A stretch of 64,000 bases of DNA from Octopus sinensis. Taxonomy: Eukaryota. Below are positions 15,025 through 27,259 of this stretch, in pieces; positions within the stretch are counted from its first letter, which is position 1, and the number at the start of each line of letters is the position of its first letter. The stretch is from NCBI RefSeq assembly GCF_006345805.1, contig NC_042999.1:96162001-96226000 (forward strand). Direction: 5' to 3'. The position numbers and the translations under genes were made by a program. The notes under the pieces were generated by a model. The model was not told the DNA's origin. It made no database searches and saw only the letters and a list, made by a program, of their open reading frames with translations.

Positions 15025-17960
15025 AAAAAATGAAGTTCGAAAATGCTGCTGTATTATACAATTTTTAATTTTTATATATACATTATAACATGTTTCAGTT
15101 CCTGAAATGAACTTATGTGTGTGTGTGTGTGTGTGTGCTAGCGCGGAAAACGGACGTTAAACGATGATGATGATGATGATATATATAATATCATCATCAT
15201 CATCATCGTTTAATGTTCGTTTTCCGTGCTAGCACAGGTTGGATGGTTCGACCGGGGTCTGGGAAGCCAGGAGGCTGCACCAGGCTCCAGTCTGATCTGA
15301 CAGTGTTTCTACAGCTGGATGTCCTTCCTAATGCCAACCACTCCGTGAGTGTAGATGGTGCCAGGGGAGGCTGGCAGCATCCACGATCGGTTGGTGCTTT
15401 TTACGTGCCACCAGCACAGGAGCCAGTCAAGGCGGTGCTGGCATCAGCCACGTTCGGATGGTGCTTTTTACATGCCATCAGCACAGGTATCACAACTACT
15501 ATTTCCATTGATATTTATTTCAATGTTCATGTACTTGACTCAATAGGTCTCCTCAAGCACAGCAGGTTGTTCTGAAATCCAAGGGACTTTGAATGGGCTG
15601 GGGCTCTGCGGAACTGGTGCAGGAAGCAGCCCGGGCCTTTGCAGTCAGGTATATCTACAGAGATCTCGGTCCTTCGTCATTGCCTCTGTGAAGCCCAACA
15701 CTCTGAGGTCATGCTTGACTACCTCATCCCATGTCTTCCTGGGTCTACCTCTCCTCCTGATACCTTCAACTGTTTGGGAGCGGCACTTCTTCACACATCT
15801 CTCCTCATCCATCCGCAGTACATGACCATACCATCGCAAGCGTCTCTCTTGCACACCACATCTGATGCTTCTTATGTCCAGGGTGCTTACACTCTGTCAT
15901 GCGTGCACACTGACATTACACATCCAGCGGATCATAAATTCATACATATATATATATTATATATATAAATTCATACACATATATATACATATATATATAT
16001 GAAAAAACAAGTCAAAATAGAAAATGCTAAAATAATTTTATAAAGAACATTTCAGTACCGGTTTCGGTCATTTTGAGACCTTTTCAACTGTAACGATTAA
16101 ATAATTAAATTTAGAAAAATTAAAAGAAAAGTTTTTTTAAAGGAATATTTGTATAGTGTTCAAATATAAGTGGCATTCTGCCTTTCTCTGTCTCCCTTGT
16201 TTGCACTTGTGTGTTCGAGGCCGTATACATATATATAAATTGATATATATAAATAGATATATATAAATAGATATATATAAATACATATATATAAATGATA
16301 TATATATATATATAATATATAAATACATATATATAAATTATATATATATATATATACATACATACATACATACATGTATACACACACACACACAAATAAC
16401 ACAACAAAACTTCTTGATTTCATAGAGGAGTAAGTTCTTTTAAGAAGCATTAACTACCTTGACTTGGAGGCCTCATTAATGGCTTTTAACATTGGAAAGT
16501 AATTTATGTGATTAGAAATGTTAAATATCTAATCTTCAGCTTTGTATGTTTTGATTCTGCCATAACATCAGAATTTTGTCTTAAAATATTTATTCTTAGT
16601 AATTTTTTTTTTTATTTGTAGTATTTCATTCCTTTTTTAATAAGAATAATCTCGCTCTCTTCCAAACTTTCTTAACCTAATTTTATAGAAATTATATTTT
16701 GAGAATTAAAAATATATATTTGGTTGTTGTATAAGCTAGTATATATTTACATTTTTCAAATAGAAAACTGTAAAACAAAAAACTAATTATATATTTAACC
16801 ATTTATTTTATATTTTCCTCTTTAATTTTTCTTTTTCAATCTGGTCAATTACTTTTGCATATATAAAAAGTGGTTAAACAAGGTATATCCTTTTCCTTGA
16901 CAGGCACCATCACAGATAGAACTGGAGAACTGGATCCGTGCCATTCATTCAGCGTGTGCATCGCTGTTTGCAAGGCAGCATGGGAAAGATAACACCCTGA
17001 AGTTGCTTAAAAGTGAAATTCAGAGATTGGAAACTAACATAGATATGGTGATTTCCCTTATGTATTTGGATAAATCCTTCACCTGAATGAAATATGAGGG
17101 GGTATCCAAAAGAAACCGGAATTTTGCAATATTATTTTATTCTTTTGATTTAATATGTTTACACTTTTATCATCTTTGAAGTATTCTCCATTTGAAGCAA
17201 TGCATTGATCCAGATATGTTATCCACTGTTCGAGGCAGTGCTAGAACTCTTGCAAACTGATGCCTTTTAACACCTCCATCATTTTTTTCTTCACCTCTTC
17301 CACATCTGCTAATTCTGTAATTCTGTAGCACCAGCTTTAGTCACCAGTGATGACCTCCAAAGAAAGGTCCAGATCAACTTCCAAACATTCTTTCAGTTCA
17401 CAACATGCATTCAATTATGACTGCTTTTGATCTTCTCTGAGCAAGCAAGGCACAAATTTTGGTGCAATTCTTTTCATTCACAATTCTTTACTTCAGGACA
17501 CACCAGTCTTATCAACAGGTTCATCAACTGTTTGGTGACAGTCCTCTAAGATCAGTTCATGAATCTTCATGTTCCTAGATCATGAAAACTAGTCATAAAC
17601 TTGTCTTTTGCTCATAGTAGTAGCCTTGTAAGCTATTTGAAGCATGACAACTTTTTCAGCTACCGTTTTCCCGAGTAGAAAACAATTTCACAGAAGCACA
17701 CTGTTCCTTCATTTCAGCCATAGCAAAAATTGACAAACAGGGGAGAAGCACTGCAAAACGAAGCACCACATGGCAGTATGACCTCAGTGGACAATGTTGG
17801 TCAGCAGATTGATGCCTGAGGGTTACATCAAGTGGCTTCTTGCAGCAGAAGCTTGAACTACAATGGGCTTGTTCCACAAAGAACATTTCCGGTTACTTTT
17901 GCATACCCCCTCATAATGTGTTTTCAATATTCTATTTATTTCAGACAATCTCTCTTTCTT

Positions 17961-17993
<33 letters not shown>

Positions 17994-20901
17994 GTTTAAG
18001 TGTCGGCTTGTCATTGTAGTTGATTGCTTCTCAGCATGTAATCCTAAGTCTGATATCACAGAATAGTACCTTCGAAGTTGATGTCTGTTATACCCACAAG
18101 TTGACTAACACTCTAGAAGTAGAATTTGCAAGCTGAAAAACCCTGCAGATAATGCACACACTTCTCTAAAGTTCACCCCCTGCAGGAACAATGGTCTGAC
18201 AATCTCAAATCATATGAACAGCCACACCATCAATAAGTTCTGGAGGATTCATATAAATATCTTCCAATAATTCAGCTAACTGTAACTGTTACTACCAACT
18301 TACAGAGGTTGACTTCCTGGATATAACCCTAGACCTCAAAACAGGCAAGCACACTCCTTACAGAAAGCCCAGTGGTGTAACTCTTTATATTCATTGACCA
18401 TCCACCACTCCCCATCTGTCCACCATTCATTTTATATCTCTCCACTAATATAGACATCATTCTCATGATGCCAAGTTTAGCTGCTCTTCCTAGCTACTCT
18501 TTCTTAGATAATATTACTTCAAATATTGCACACTACAATACACGCACACACACACACACACCACACACACACAGAGTCTTCACCCAACACTCCAGCCTGT
18601 AACTTCCAAACTTCTACTAACTGCCTATTGAAAAGATCTTGACTCTCAAAAGCTTGTAGTCTATGGAACCTGTCTCACACTATCCAGTGATATTATGTGA
18701 CACTAAATGACCATGACAGTCAGTGACTTAAAGAGAAGTTACATGCATTACATGTACTCCTTCAGATATAGGGACAAGGAAAACTCTACCTCCCTTTCCT
18801 TGTCCTGGAGATTCCAGGGTAATAGAGATGATTTCCACAACATCATATAGAACATCTTTGATACGACCCCTGCTTGCTCACCTAGAACCTGTTCTTTCCA
18901 AAACTGCCTCTGTAAGACTCTGAACATATGCCACCAACCTAAGGTTGTCTTAAAGCTCAGGGGCCCCATGGGTCTAGGAACCCAATTCTGACTTAAGTAT
19001 GTTGTGGCTTGCTGTCAATAAATACTATAGGGCCCATTGCATTGATTTGCCTAAGGGCCCACAATGCTACTGAGGTGGCTCTGCACCAACCCACAGTATC
19101 CATCAATAGGAAAACTGACCTATCTTATTTGTTTTCAACAGAGGTATGCCCTGTTAATGAAACATGTTATTACATACTGATAACCTGGATATACTATGGA
19201 AAGGGGCATTGCAGATGAAAAAAATTACCTCTTTTAATAAAGTGGGTTTGCTTAGTTAGGTAATGAGATTCATCATAAGTTAAGTAAGATAGATTGAAAT
19301 GCAGGTCCCTGAACATGAGTTTGGAATCAGCATTCTATTTAGAGTTAATTCAAACTCATCAACAAAGTAACTTATTCTGTCTGATGTCAGATTTTGCAAT
19401 TATTGAAGTGGTAACTGTGGTTTAAGTGAGAAGACAAACTAGTTGAAATGTTAAGATATTTTCATCTTTTTGAAGTGTAATTAAGAGAGACACTCCTAGT
19501 ACAACTGTTATTACGAGATCAATTATTGTACCAGGAATAGTAATTTTGAAGACAAGATTTGCTTTCACTTTACTTGATTAAAATCTCATATATCTACATC
19601 TAAAAAGAATTCATATTCATTTAATTTTAATGCAAATAGTCTGTACTATTTGCATTACAAACAGAATAATATAATAATGTATATTTAATCCAATTAAACT
19701 TACATACGTTTCGATTAGTGTAATTATTACTACAGATTAAACTTGTTTGTCTTTACTTAAATACTACTCGTTGATTCAGGCTTGGTTATATTTATGATCT
19801 AAAACCAATTTTTACTTGATATATGTGTAATGTAGGGTAGGTACATGCACAATCTCAAGTCTTGTTTATGTGTTTACACCTGAATGCATGTGTTTATAAG
19901 AAAGAAAACAAAATGTGAATTTAGCTCAATTTTAACATTCATTACAATTGTTCCTGTATTACTTTGTTTCTTACCACGTTGCATGTAATTCTATATAATC
20001 TAATATATAAAATCCTTTCTCTTTGTCTGTCTGTTTGTGCACTTATAACTTGAGCATTGTTCATCCGATTGTGCTGAAATGTTAAGCATGGATATAGGGC
20101 ATTCCGTAATCTAAAATGATTCTCAAAATTGTGAGTTTCAAAGTGAGAATCGCTATTTTTGTAATCTTTTTGTCGTGTTTGTTCTGCCATTAAAAGCAAC
20201 GAGTTTGCTCAGACAGCTGGCATATACTATTTCGCTAGCAACAAGGGGAGTGCAGGATGACAGTCAGCCAAAACTGTCACTATGCTGTCTCTCTTCTTTC
20301 CTCTCTCTGTCTCTCTTATGATGTCCGATTCCACTTGAAGTTGTATATATTTTGTGTTAAGATTCGTTATCAAAGACAGTCAAAAGTAACCACCACATAC
20401 AATCACCAAATATCTTCACTACTTAACACCGCCCTCTTTTCCTTTACAGCTGACATGAAAAAATATGACAAAAAGGCAACCATTTTAATTAAGCAAAAAA
20501 GGGAAAAAATTGATTTCTATTAAAACATGTAAAAGTTTGGGGCTAATAATCTTGATCTTTAGTTACAGTTTCTCATTCAAACTACATAATAGGCAGAATC
20601 GTTGGATTAAGACAGTAGGGTGTTTTGAGAGAGATTTGGCTGCTATTTCTACCCGTGCTAGCTACCATATAGAGGTCTCCCACATTGGCTCATACAGACA
20701 TATATACATGCAGATATACATAAAATTGAAATAAAATACTTAAAGCAACAGGCGTCAAATACAAAAGCCAAGGTCCATGCAGTGGAAATTTCCTACTTCG
20801 TGCCCGATGCAAGCCTGGGGCAATCTCTTATCTCTTAGACTATTTCAGTATTACATCTCTATTGTAATGTGAGATAATAATTTCAGTTTGAAAGATGTCT
20901 G

Positions 20902-20945
<44 letters not shown>

Positions 20946-22618
20946 CTTATGCATTCCAAAACCAAGTTACAGATTTTGACGTATGAGGTATCAAAAGATT
21001 CAGTACTATTTCGGCTACAAATTAAACTTAATTTCCATTCACATATTTGCAATATTGAAAAATATATGCCACCAAAGAAAAGACGTAATCTCTCTAGAAA
21101 CAAGTATAAAGCATGGAGGGTTGTAGAAAACCAAAGGCTAGAGTCTGAAGAGAGAAGCGAGATGAGATTTTCTCTAGATCAGCAAATGCATGTTGCAGCA
21201 CTTAATGCTGGATTATTAATCAATGTTTTGATGATTAGACAGATGTACAAATTCGTTCTTCACAACTCATGAAGCAGTTTTTAGATATGATCCATCCCAT
21301 TCTTATAAAAGTAATAACTCTGTCCAAATTGGTGTACTTAACACAAATTGTCATTTCTGTTGAGCTTTAAAATTTTCAAATGAAACAAATAGGATGTGCT
21401 GCTCAGGCGGTTAGGTAACATTGCCAGCACTACCAGCTCCTTCTCAACCTCATATGGATCTTCTAGAAGGCACTTCCATCCAGTCAAAGGAATTTTCTGA
21501 ACAATATCAGTCAATACAACTCTGCATTTCAAATGACATTGTTCGGTGCATCTAAGAACATAGATAAACATGAATTTACACTAACGTCAAAGTTCAAGGG
21601 CAAGGCTATCACCTCATTGGTTCCCTGTTACCCAAAAATGAACAACCACAGTTCCTCCAAATTTACTTTATGAATGATGTAGGACAGCAAACCCAAAGGA
21701 GGTGTTAAAATTTCAGATGATGGGTCGTGTTAGACACAGTGCCAACTGCTGCAAAAGAGAATATATCCACTGACAGCTTTTCTGTGTGTTCAAAGATCAC
21801 ATACCCCTCCCCCATTTTCCATGACAGGTTAGGGCATGAAATACTCCAAACAGATGTATAGCATGTTGCTTAGATGAATTAGCCCATCATTTACTCCACA
21901 AATGTTTTGTTGTCAATGCTGCACTTTCCCCATATCACCTGTTTCAACATAACTGTAATATATTATATACAAACTATGCCATTTTAATCCCGAGCAACGC
22001 TGGGTATCTCTGCTAGTCTGTTACATAATATCCATGGTTGAGTATTCTGATGGGGCACTTCATCAGACTACCATGACTTAACTTTTTAACATTCAGGTTA
22101 CTTTGTCAAATATAATGTTTATTTATGCAAAGTGGCTCTCTTGGCTTCTGATCTTAACTGATTGGAAGTGATCACATGGCCATAATAATCAGGAAAGTAT
22201 TAGACTGCTGAAAAGAACAGATAGCATGGTACCATAGGCTGCAGGTAGCAAGCCTTCTATATATATGCAAGACTCCAGGAATTCCAACAATACCTGAGAT
22301 AAAAGAAATAATAATAATAATCATTTCTACTAAAGGCACAGGCCTGAAATTTGTGGGAGGGGGATAGTTGATTACATTTACCCCAGTTCTCAAATGGTAC
22401 TTATTTCATTGACCCCAAAAGGGTGACAGGCATGTTCAATTACAATCTTGTTTTTTTTTTTCTATATTTCATCATTTGCATGTGCATAAGTTTGTGTCTA
22501 ATTGTGTAAGCATGTTAAGAAAAAATTTTCATTCTACTTTTGTAACAAATTTTTTTATTCTTTGATGAAACTTTATATGTATATAATTATTCATGATATT
22601 TTCTTATTTTAAGATATA

Positions 22619-22653
<35 letters not shown>

Positions 22654-25600
22654 CTCTAAGCAAATCTCTTAATGCTCTATTAATCAGGATATTTGTACTT
22701 CCTGCTACACTCTAATTACAATAGCTTACTTAGCAAATAGTATAATTTATCTTGCAAATATTTTAATGAAATACTTTTCGCAAAATAAACCGTTAACACC
22801 AATATTATTATTTGTAGGATGTAAAAATGAAAAAAATGGCTGAACTTCAACTGACAGTAGTGACTGACCCCAAGAGCCGAACAGCTATAGTGAAGCAGAT
22901 TAACCAATGGGAAGAGAATCTAGAAAAATTGTTTATAGAGCAGTATCGGTTACGTTGTTATATGGCTTCACTTCAAGGATCGGAACTTCCCAACCCAAAG
23001 GTCAGTTTTTGATGGAAATTATTTCTTGATAATTTAAGTCTGTACAAATTGCATTATCTTTAAAATAATACACTGGTATTGAATTGTATGCAAAACCACT
23101 CAAACTTTACTTTTAATGTGCACAGATTATGTTTATGTATTTCTCTCTCTCTCGTGTTTAGTGATGATGTTGATATATGATTTTAATATACTGCTAACGT
23201 TTTGCATGTATGTACCCTGACTAAGCGAGCCAAGTTTGGACATTCCAGTTGTAGCCATCTCAACTTTTATGTTATGCTTTGTCTGTGGTTGGTATCCTCT
23301 CAACATGTCTGTTCATTGAGTGCAACTTTACACCTACAAGTGTTTTTAAGATTTCACATGCTACTTATTTCTAAGTCCTTTCACTAAGATAGTTTTCCTC
23401 TCTCATCATCATCATTTTGCATGGGTTTTTTTCATGCTGGTATAGATTGGATAGTATTTTTTGAAATAGTGTTTTATTGGTTGATGCCCTTCTTGACACC
23501 TAACCTTTTAATTTGTCTCTGATATTTTAATCATTAGGCATCAAAACACCTCTAAGCATGTGATCTTATTTATTGTGTTTGAACGTACGTTCAAGCTGGC
23601 TTATTGTTAATTCCTTTTCATTATGCACAAATATATGTACTAGAATATTATAAGTTTGGAGTTTTTAAACCCTTCCTGCAGTATATGTTTAAGAAACATG
23701 CTGATTTTACTATTTAAGTCGAAGATAACTAAATACAGTGAACCAATAGGAAGTTCAATTCATTCAAATTACATTTGCAGTGAGGAGAAACTATTACCAT
23801 TTCTGTTATTAGTTCTGGTCAGAAAAGCAAGAGAGACAACTCTGAAATCTCTATTAATTTAGAATTGAATGGGAATGTGACTGAATTTTTACAAGCATGG
23901 TCACAACTTCAGGCATGTTTTGTTCTTAAATAAAACAGCCTCGCCATTGACTTTCCAGTTCGTACCAAATATTTGATGACTAAGAAAAAATATTTGTGAT
24001 ACTGGGCCTAAAAGTTTTTCTTTTTTTTTCTTTTTTTTTCTTGGAGTTTGCTCTAGAAAATGTGTTTGTTCTTTTTGTTGCTCCTGTTGCTCTTCATTGT
24101 TTTTGTTTACTGTATTATCAATTATTTTTCCTAGTTCTTTGGGGCATTTAGATCTAATATATGTTTTACTCTGACAAATATAACAATTAGGCTTTCTACT
24201 CTGTACCATTAAATGCATGCTCTGTTGTTACCATTCCTTAAGCCTGCATTGACCACTTTACCACACTGTGGTACAAAGGTCTCTGTTGACCATGGGTCTA
24301 TATTATGTCCACTGCAAACAGTGTTTCTTTGGCCCAAGTACTGAGATACAAATGTATAACCAGCAATATATCTGACAATTTCAGCCTATCTTTTCTCTGA
24401 ATTTTCAGTTTAAAAGTACAGTAAATGCTGCCATCTTTTTTGCTTTTTCCATTGAGATAACTTCCCCCAGTATGTCTTGGGGAGCTCATATTACCTAATA
24501 TAAGAGGAATTTAGATTGTTAACATCTTTCCTTTTCCAAGGTTATTTCTTGAAGCAAAGTTATGGTTTACAAAATTCTATTATCTATATTTCTTTTCTTG
24601 TAACTGTGATATGTCCAAAAATTTTGTTCATTTAGCTTTGAGGAAAGCTTTATCTTCATATTCCTGCTATATGAATGAACTTGTAGTGTTTGGAATTGTG
24701 TAAGAGTTGCTTTTGTTGTTGTTAGTGCCACTGTCTTTTATATTATTCAAGAATTTAGAACATTGTCTTCTATTAAATGTTCATTAATGTGATCATTTCT
24801 TTCTTCTATTCTACATTTAGTTGTGTCTTTTGATTTTGTGTTGTTTCTTTTGTTCATAATGGTTCTTTGTCATGTGAAAATTGTGTGAAAATGTAATGTA
24901 TGTAAATAAAATTTCAAAAGTTTGTGAAGCAAACCAATTTTCTTTTGCCTGCTTAAGAGTATTAAGAGCAGCCCTTCCTTAGGCAATTACAATTTTTTTC
25001 ACAAATACACTGAAAAATTTCATTTAGTAATATTTGAAATTATCATGTTTTGAAGAGTGAATCAAAAAGACAATTTTGTACTGCAAGAGTCAATAATAAT
25101 AATTATTACAATAATAATAATGGGCATGATGATAATGATTTCTTTATTTGACTCGGGGATATCAAATACAGGGGACAATATAAAAACAGTGTACAGTTAG
25201 TGTGGGACATGGATTACATAAAAGGAATAGGGGAAAGAACGGGATCTAAGGTAAAAGGTTTACATGGTATGCAATATGAGAACACGTGGATAATGCAGTC
25301 CTTCTGATACAGGAGAACCTTCTAGGGCGAATCAAAGGACCCCATAAATCCAGGATTTCTCTTACTGCAAGCTTTCACCTAAGTGTTGTTCTCCAATCTA
25401 CAGCCATATGCTTTGAGTAGGTTGATTTACCCTCACCATTTTTTCCACATTCCCCCACCTTTTGACAAATTCACTGGAGGAGAGCACTTACCTCTCAATC
25501 TTCACTTTCTTTTCCAAATAGAACATGAAAAAATCAAGGAAAGTGTCTGCGCTCAGTCCTTTCAGCCTCGTCCACCACTCAACTTCTTTCGGTATAGCTA

Positions 25601-27259
25601 CTAGACAGGAACAGCACCTACTCTGTCATGTTAAAGATTGGTGGTAGGGCAATCCTCATGATGGACTTGGTTGAAAACTAATTTCATTCTACCTGTGGTA
25701 GCAGTTTTTTGACATAACTCTTTAAGCAATGCTTGGACACCACACATGTGCACACTATATGGTTTTAGTGTTTTATGCCCAGGACTCAGACAGGACTATC
25801 TAGAGTCCTGTCTGAAGGCACTTCTATGCCTATAAAACCACAGGGGTTTAAAGGGAGACAAAAATACAACGTAATGTCAAATAGGGGAATTACAAAGGTG
25901 TGTGGAATGTCACTGAAAAGTTATACAAATACAAGAGGAGGAATGAAAGATATACAATATATAATTGAATGAATTGAAAATTTATGAAACACAAAAATAC
26001 CAAAGCCAATTATTTACTGCAATATGCCTTCATAATTTCTTTTAAACCATTGAAAAAGTGAAAATTATTATATAATGTTTATTTTTCTTTTATTCTTTGT
26101 TCTGATAGAGTCTGCTAGCAAATGTGTCCAAATCAACAAAGGGAATACTGGGCCGACTTGGCATCTTCACCGTGACATCATTCCACGCTCTGGTCTGTGC
26201 TCGTTCTCCACCAACCATGACTGCCATGCAAGGGAAGACTCTGCCTGCAAAAAAATCAACTCCTTATGTTCCTAAGAGCAACGAACCACAAGGAGGAACA
26301 TTAGGACGACATCCACATCAAATGGCCAATCAAATGCCACTTGCCCCACCTAGCCATGTTGAGTTAGTAAAAGCATTTTAACTTCTTCAAATGTATGCAT
26401 AATAACTTACCTTTTGTCAGCATCTAGCTAAAACCTTAAGATTTCTCTTGAGGGAAAACAATAAGTCTTTGATCTTATGACATGATTTCAATATTGTCAG
26501 ATTTTTTTTTATTACAGTTTTTAAATAAAATTTTTGGTGCCTGTATTAGCAAAATAGTGCCCATAAAAAAAGAGTGATTCAAGTTTTTGTTTAATCAGAT
26601 AAACTGAAACAAATATTTTGATACCTTGATCATTAGAATAATATTGCATTGACACATCAAATAGCTTTTTATAACTGATCCATACAGATATAGCAATATT
26701 TGTCAGTCACTTGTTTGTACACTAATCTTTCAAAGATCAGTGTATCAAAATATTTATAATAACAGATATCTAATCTTTATTTTGACTAAATTGTCATTAC
26801 CTTATATAATTCTTCTGTAAACCAAAACCATGCTGCATCTTAATAAGTAATGGCGTAATTTTATAAAATGATTTCAATCAAATATTGAATGTAAATTTTA
26901 AAAATTGTTTTTTTACTTTTATTTCATTCTTCTTTGCCTGCAATAAATTTTTATTGATATCATGAATTAAAATTAATCCTTAATTGTAACCTTATTTAAG
27001 TAATAGTCGTGTAATAAATACTGTTTTGGAATGCTGACCATAATTATGTCTCACATATAAATTAGTGAACTATATTTTAGAGGATTCCTAAATTGTATTT
27101 ATGTTTTTGCATTATACTAGAAAACATTTACACAAAGATTTTGAAAAAGAGCAACGAGAAGGTAGACAAACTCCTGATCAACTTCCGAGTCATCGTTCTG
27201 ATACCCCAGACAGTAGCGCTAAAGAAGGACTGTCAAAAATCTCCTTACCACACAACCAG
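3397..27259 (+). CDS. sif: Partial multi-exon gene: still life / TIAM1-2-like Rac guanine nucleotide exchange factor (PH-CC-Ex region; 5 exons in window)
   Basis: Spliced translation ..[32 protein letters not shown]|[48 protein letters not shown]|[61 protein letters not shown]|[35 protein letters not shown]|[13 protein letters not shown]. It is colinear with remembered Drosophila Sif and vertebrate TIAM1 PHn-CC-Ex motifs (PEHPK, GDAxLFQ, ELENW, RCYxASLQxxELPNPK, RLGIFxVxSFHALV). All junctions are GT-AG with compatible phases. Confidence 0.93.
5700..5758. repeat. (CT)n microsatellite
   Basis: Direct reading. Confidence 0.95.
8031..9264 (-). mobile_element. Full-length decayed mariner (Mos1-like) DNA transposon
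   Basis: About 30-bp TIRs (TA|ttgtgttgtctggaaagttcgtgccgatttt and aaatcagcatgaactttccggacaacccaa|TA). Frameshifted transposase: MEDK start at 9092, and [10 protein letters not shown]...[21 protein letters not shown] at 8242-8496. Confidence 0.93.
10390..11240 (-). mobile_element. Highly decayed LINE (RTE-like) fragment
   Basis: Degenerate minus-strand similarity to an RTE ORF2 C-terminus; no intact frame. Confidence 0.45.
15190..15945 (-). mobile_element. RTE-clade LINE 3' fragment with (GAT)n tail
   Basis: ORF 15645-15854 [22 protein letters not shown]...[18 protein letters not shown] is a typical RTE C-terminus; 3' UTR shared with other copies in the window. Confidence 0.9.
16048..16095 (-). 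ncRNA. Minimal type I hammerhead ribozyme motif, U3-A8 core variant (Penelope-like-element type)
   Basis: Minus strand reads cGUUACAG-UUGAAAA-GGUC-ucaaaau-GACC-GAA-ACCGGU-A-CUGAAAUg. Stem I: 8 positions, one mismatch and one wobble. Core UUGAAAA, 4-bp stem II, GAAA, palindromic stem III ACCGGU, GUA cleavage triplet. Confidence 0.7.
16904..17047 (+). CDS. sif: sif/TIAM exon B (PH C-terminal helix, start of coiled coil)
   Basis: ttttccttgacag|gca ... atg|gtgatt; 144 nt; [48 protein letters not shown]. Absent from the ORF track because it is short and lacks a start codon. Confidence 0.93.
17093..17915 (-). mobile_element. Internally deleted mariner-type transposon
   Basis: TIRs TA|tgagggggtatccaaaagaaaccggaa and ttccggttacttttgcataccccctca|TA; degraded transposase-like sequence between them. 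Confidence 0.85.
18100..18720 (+). mobile_element. Decayed Penelope-like element RT/GIY-YIG fragment
   Basis: CRNNGL (decayed YRDDGL) at 18181; [30 protein letters not shown] at about 18305-18394, a PLE RT thumb motif; weaker Cys/LVY similarity further on. Confidence 0.65.
19999..22016 (+). mobile_element. Non-autonomous Helitron carrying a RepHel N-terminal remnant
   Basis: 5' A|TCtaatatataaaa..tgtctgtctg; 3' hairpin cccgagcaacgctggg then CTAG|T. Internal [11 protein letters not shown] (ATG 21066) and CHFC*ALKF..E...CCSGG*V.LP...[11 protein letters not shown]...[15 protein letters not shown]...FLQIYF (about 21290-21670), typical of the Helitron RepHel N-terminus. Confidence 0.88.
22320..22435 (-). 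mobile_element. SINE family 2 fragment
   Basis: ggcctgaaatt...taccccagt...ggtacttatttcattgacccc. Confidence 0.6.
22818..23000 (+). CDS. sif: sif/TIAM exon C (coiled coil)
   Basis: tttgtag|gat ... aag|gtcagt; 183 nt; [12 protein letters not shown]...[16 protein letters not shown]. Confidence 0.94.
23880..24520 (-). mobile_element. LINE ORF1/gag-like remnant with degenerate zinc knuckle
   Basis: ORF 23901-24218 contains [14 protein letters not shown] (CX2CX4[H to Y]X4C) followed by a Q/E/K-rich linker. Confidence 0.4.
25085..26000 (-). mobile_element. Decayed L1/Tx1-like LINE 3' fragment
   Basis: (AAT)n tract and minus-strand AATAAA at the left end; degenerate coding-like sequence with a possible CCHC remnant. 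Confidence 0.4.
26109..26362 (+). CDS. sif: sif/TIAM exon D (Ex region plus linker)
   Basis: ttctgatag|agt ctg cta; [34 protein letters not shown]... The donor ga|gttagt (phase 2) was chosen because it matches the phase of the next exon; the 3' end is less certain. Confidence 0.85.
27121..27259 (+). CDS. sif: sif/TIAM exon E (linker, start of Ras-binding-like domain)
   Basis: atactag|a aaa cat ... cag|gtaaag; 139 nt; [46 protein letters not shown]. The end resembles TIAM1 LPNNQ / Sif AMPDN. Confidence 0.75.

Noticed and set aside
15020-15105. Weak resemblance to the flank of the 16-kb hammerhead element
   Set aside because: AT-rich similarity only; no hammerhead core
18935-19085. Possible old hAT-like MITE (gggcccc motifs)
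   Set aside because: TIRs too degenerate and no TSD could be confirmed
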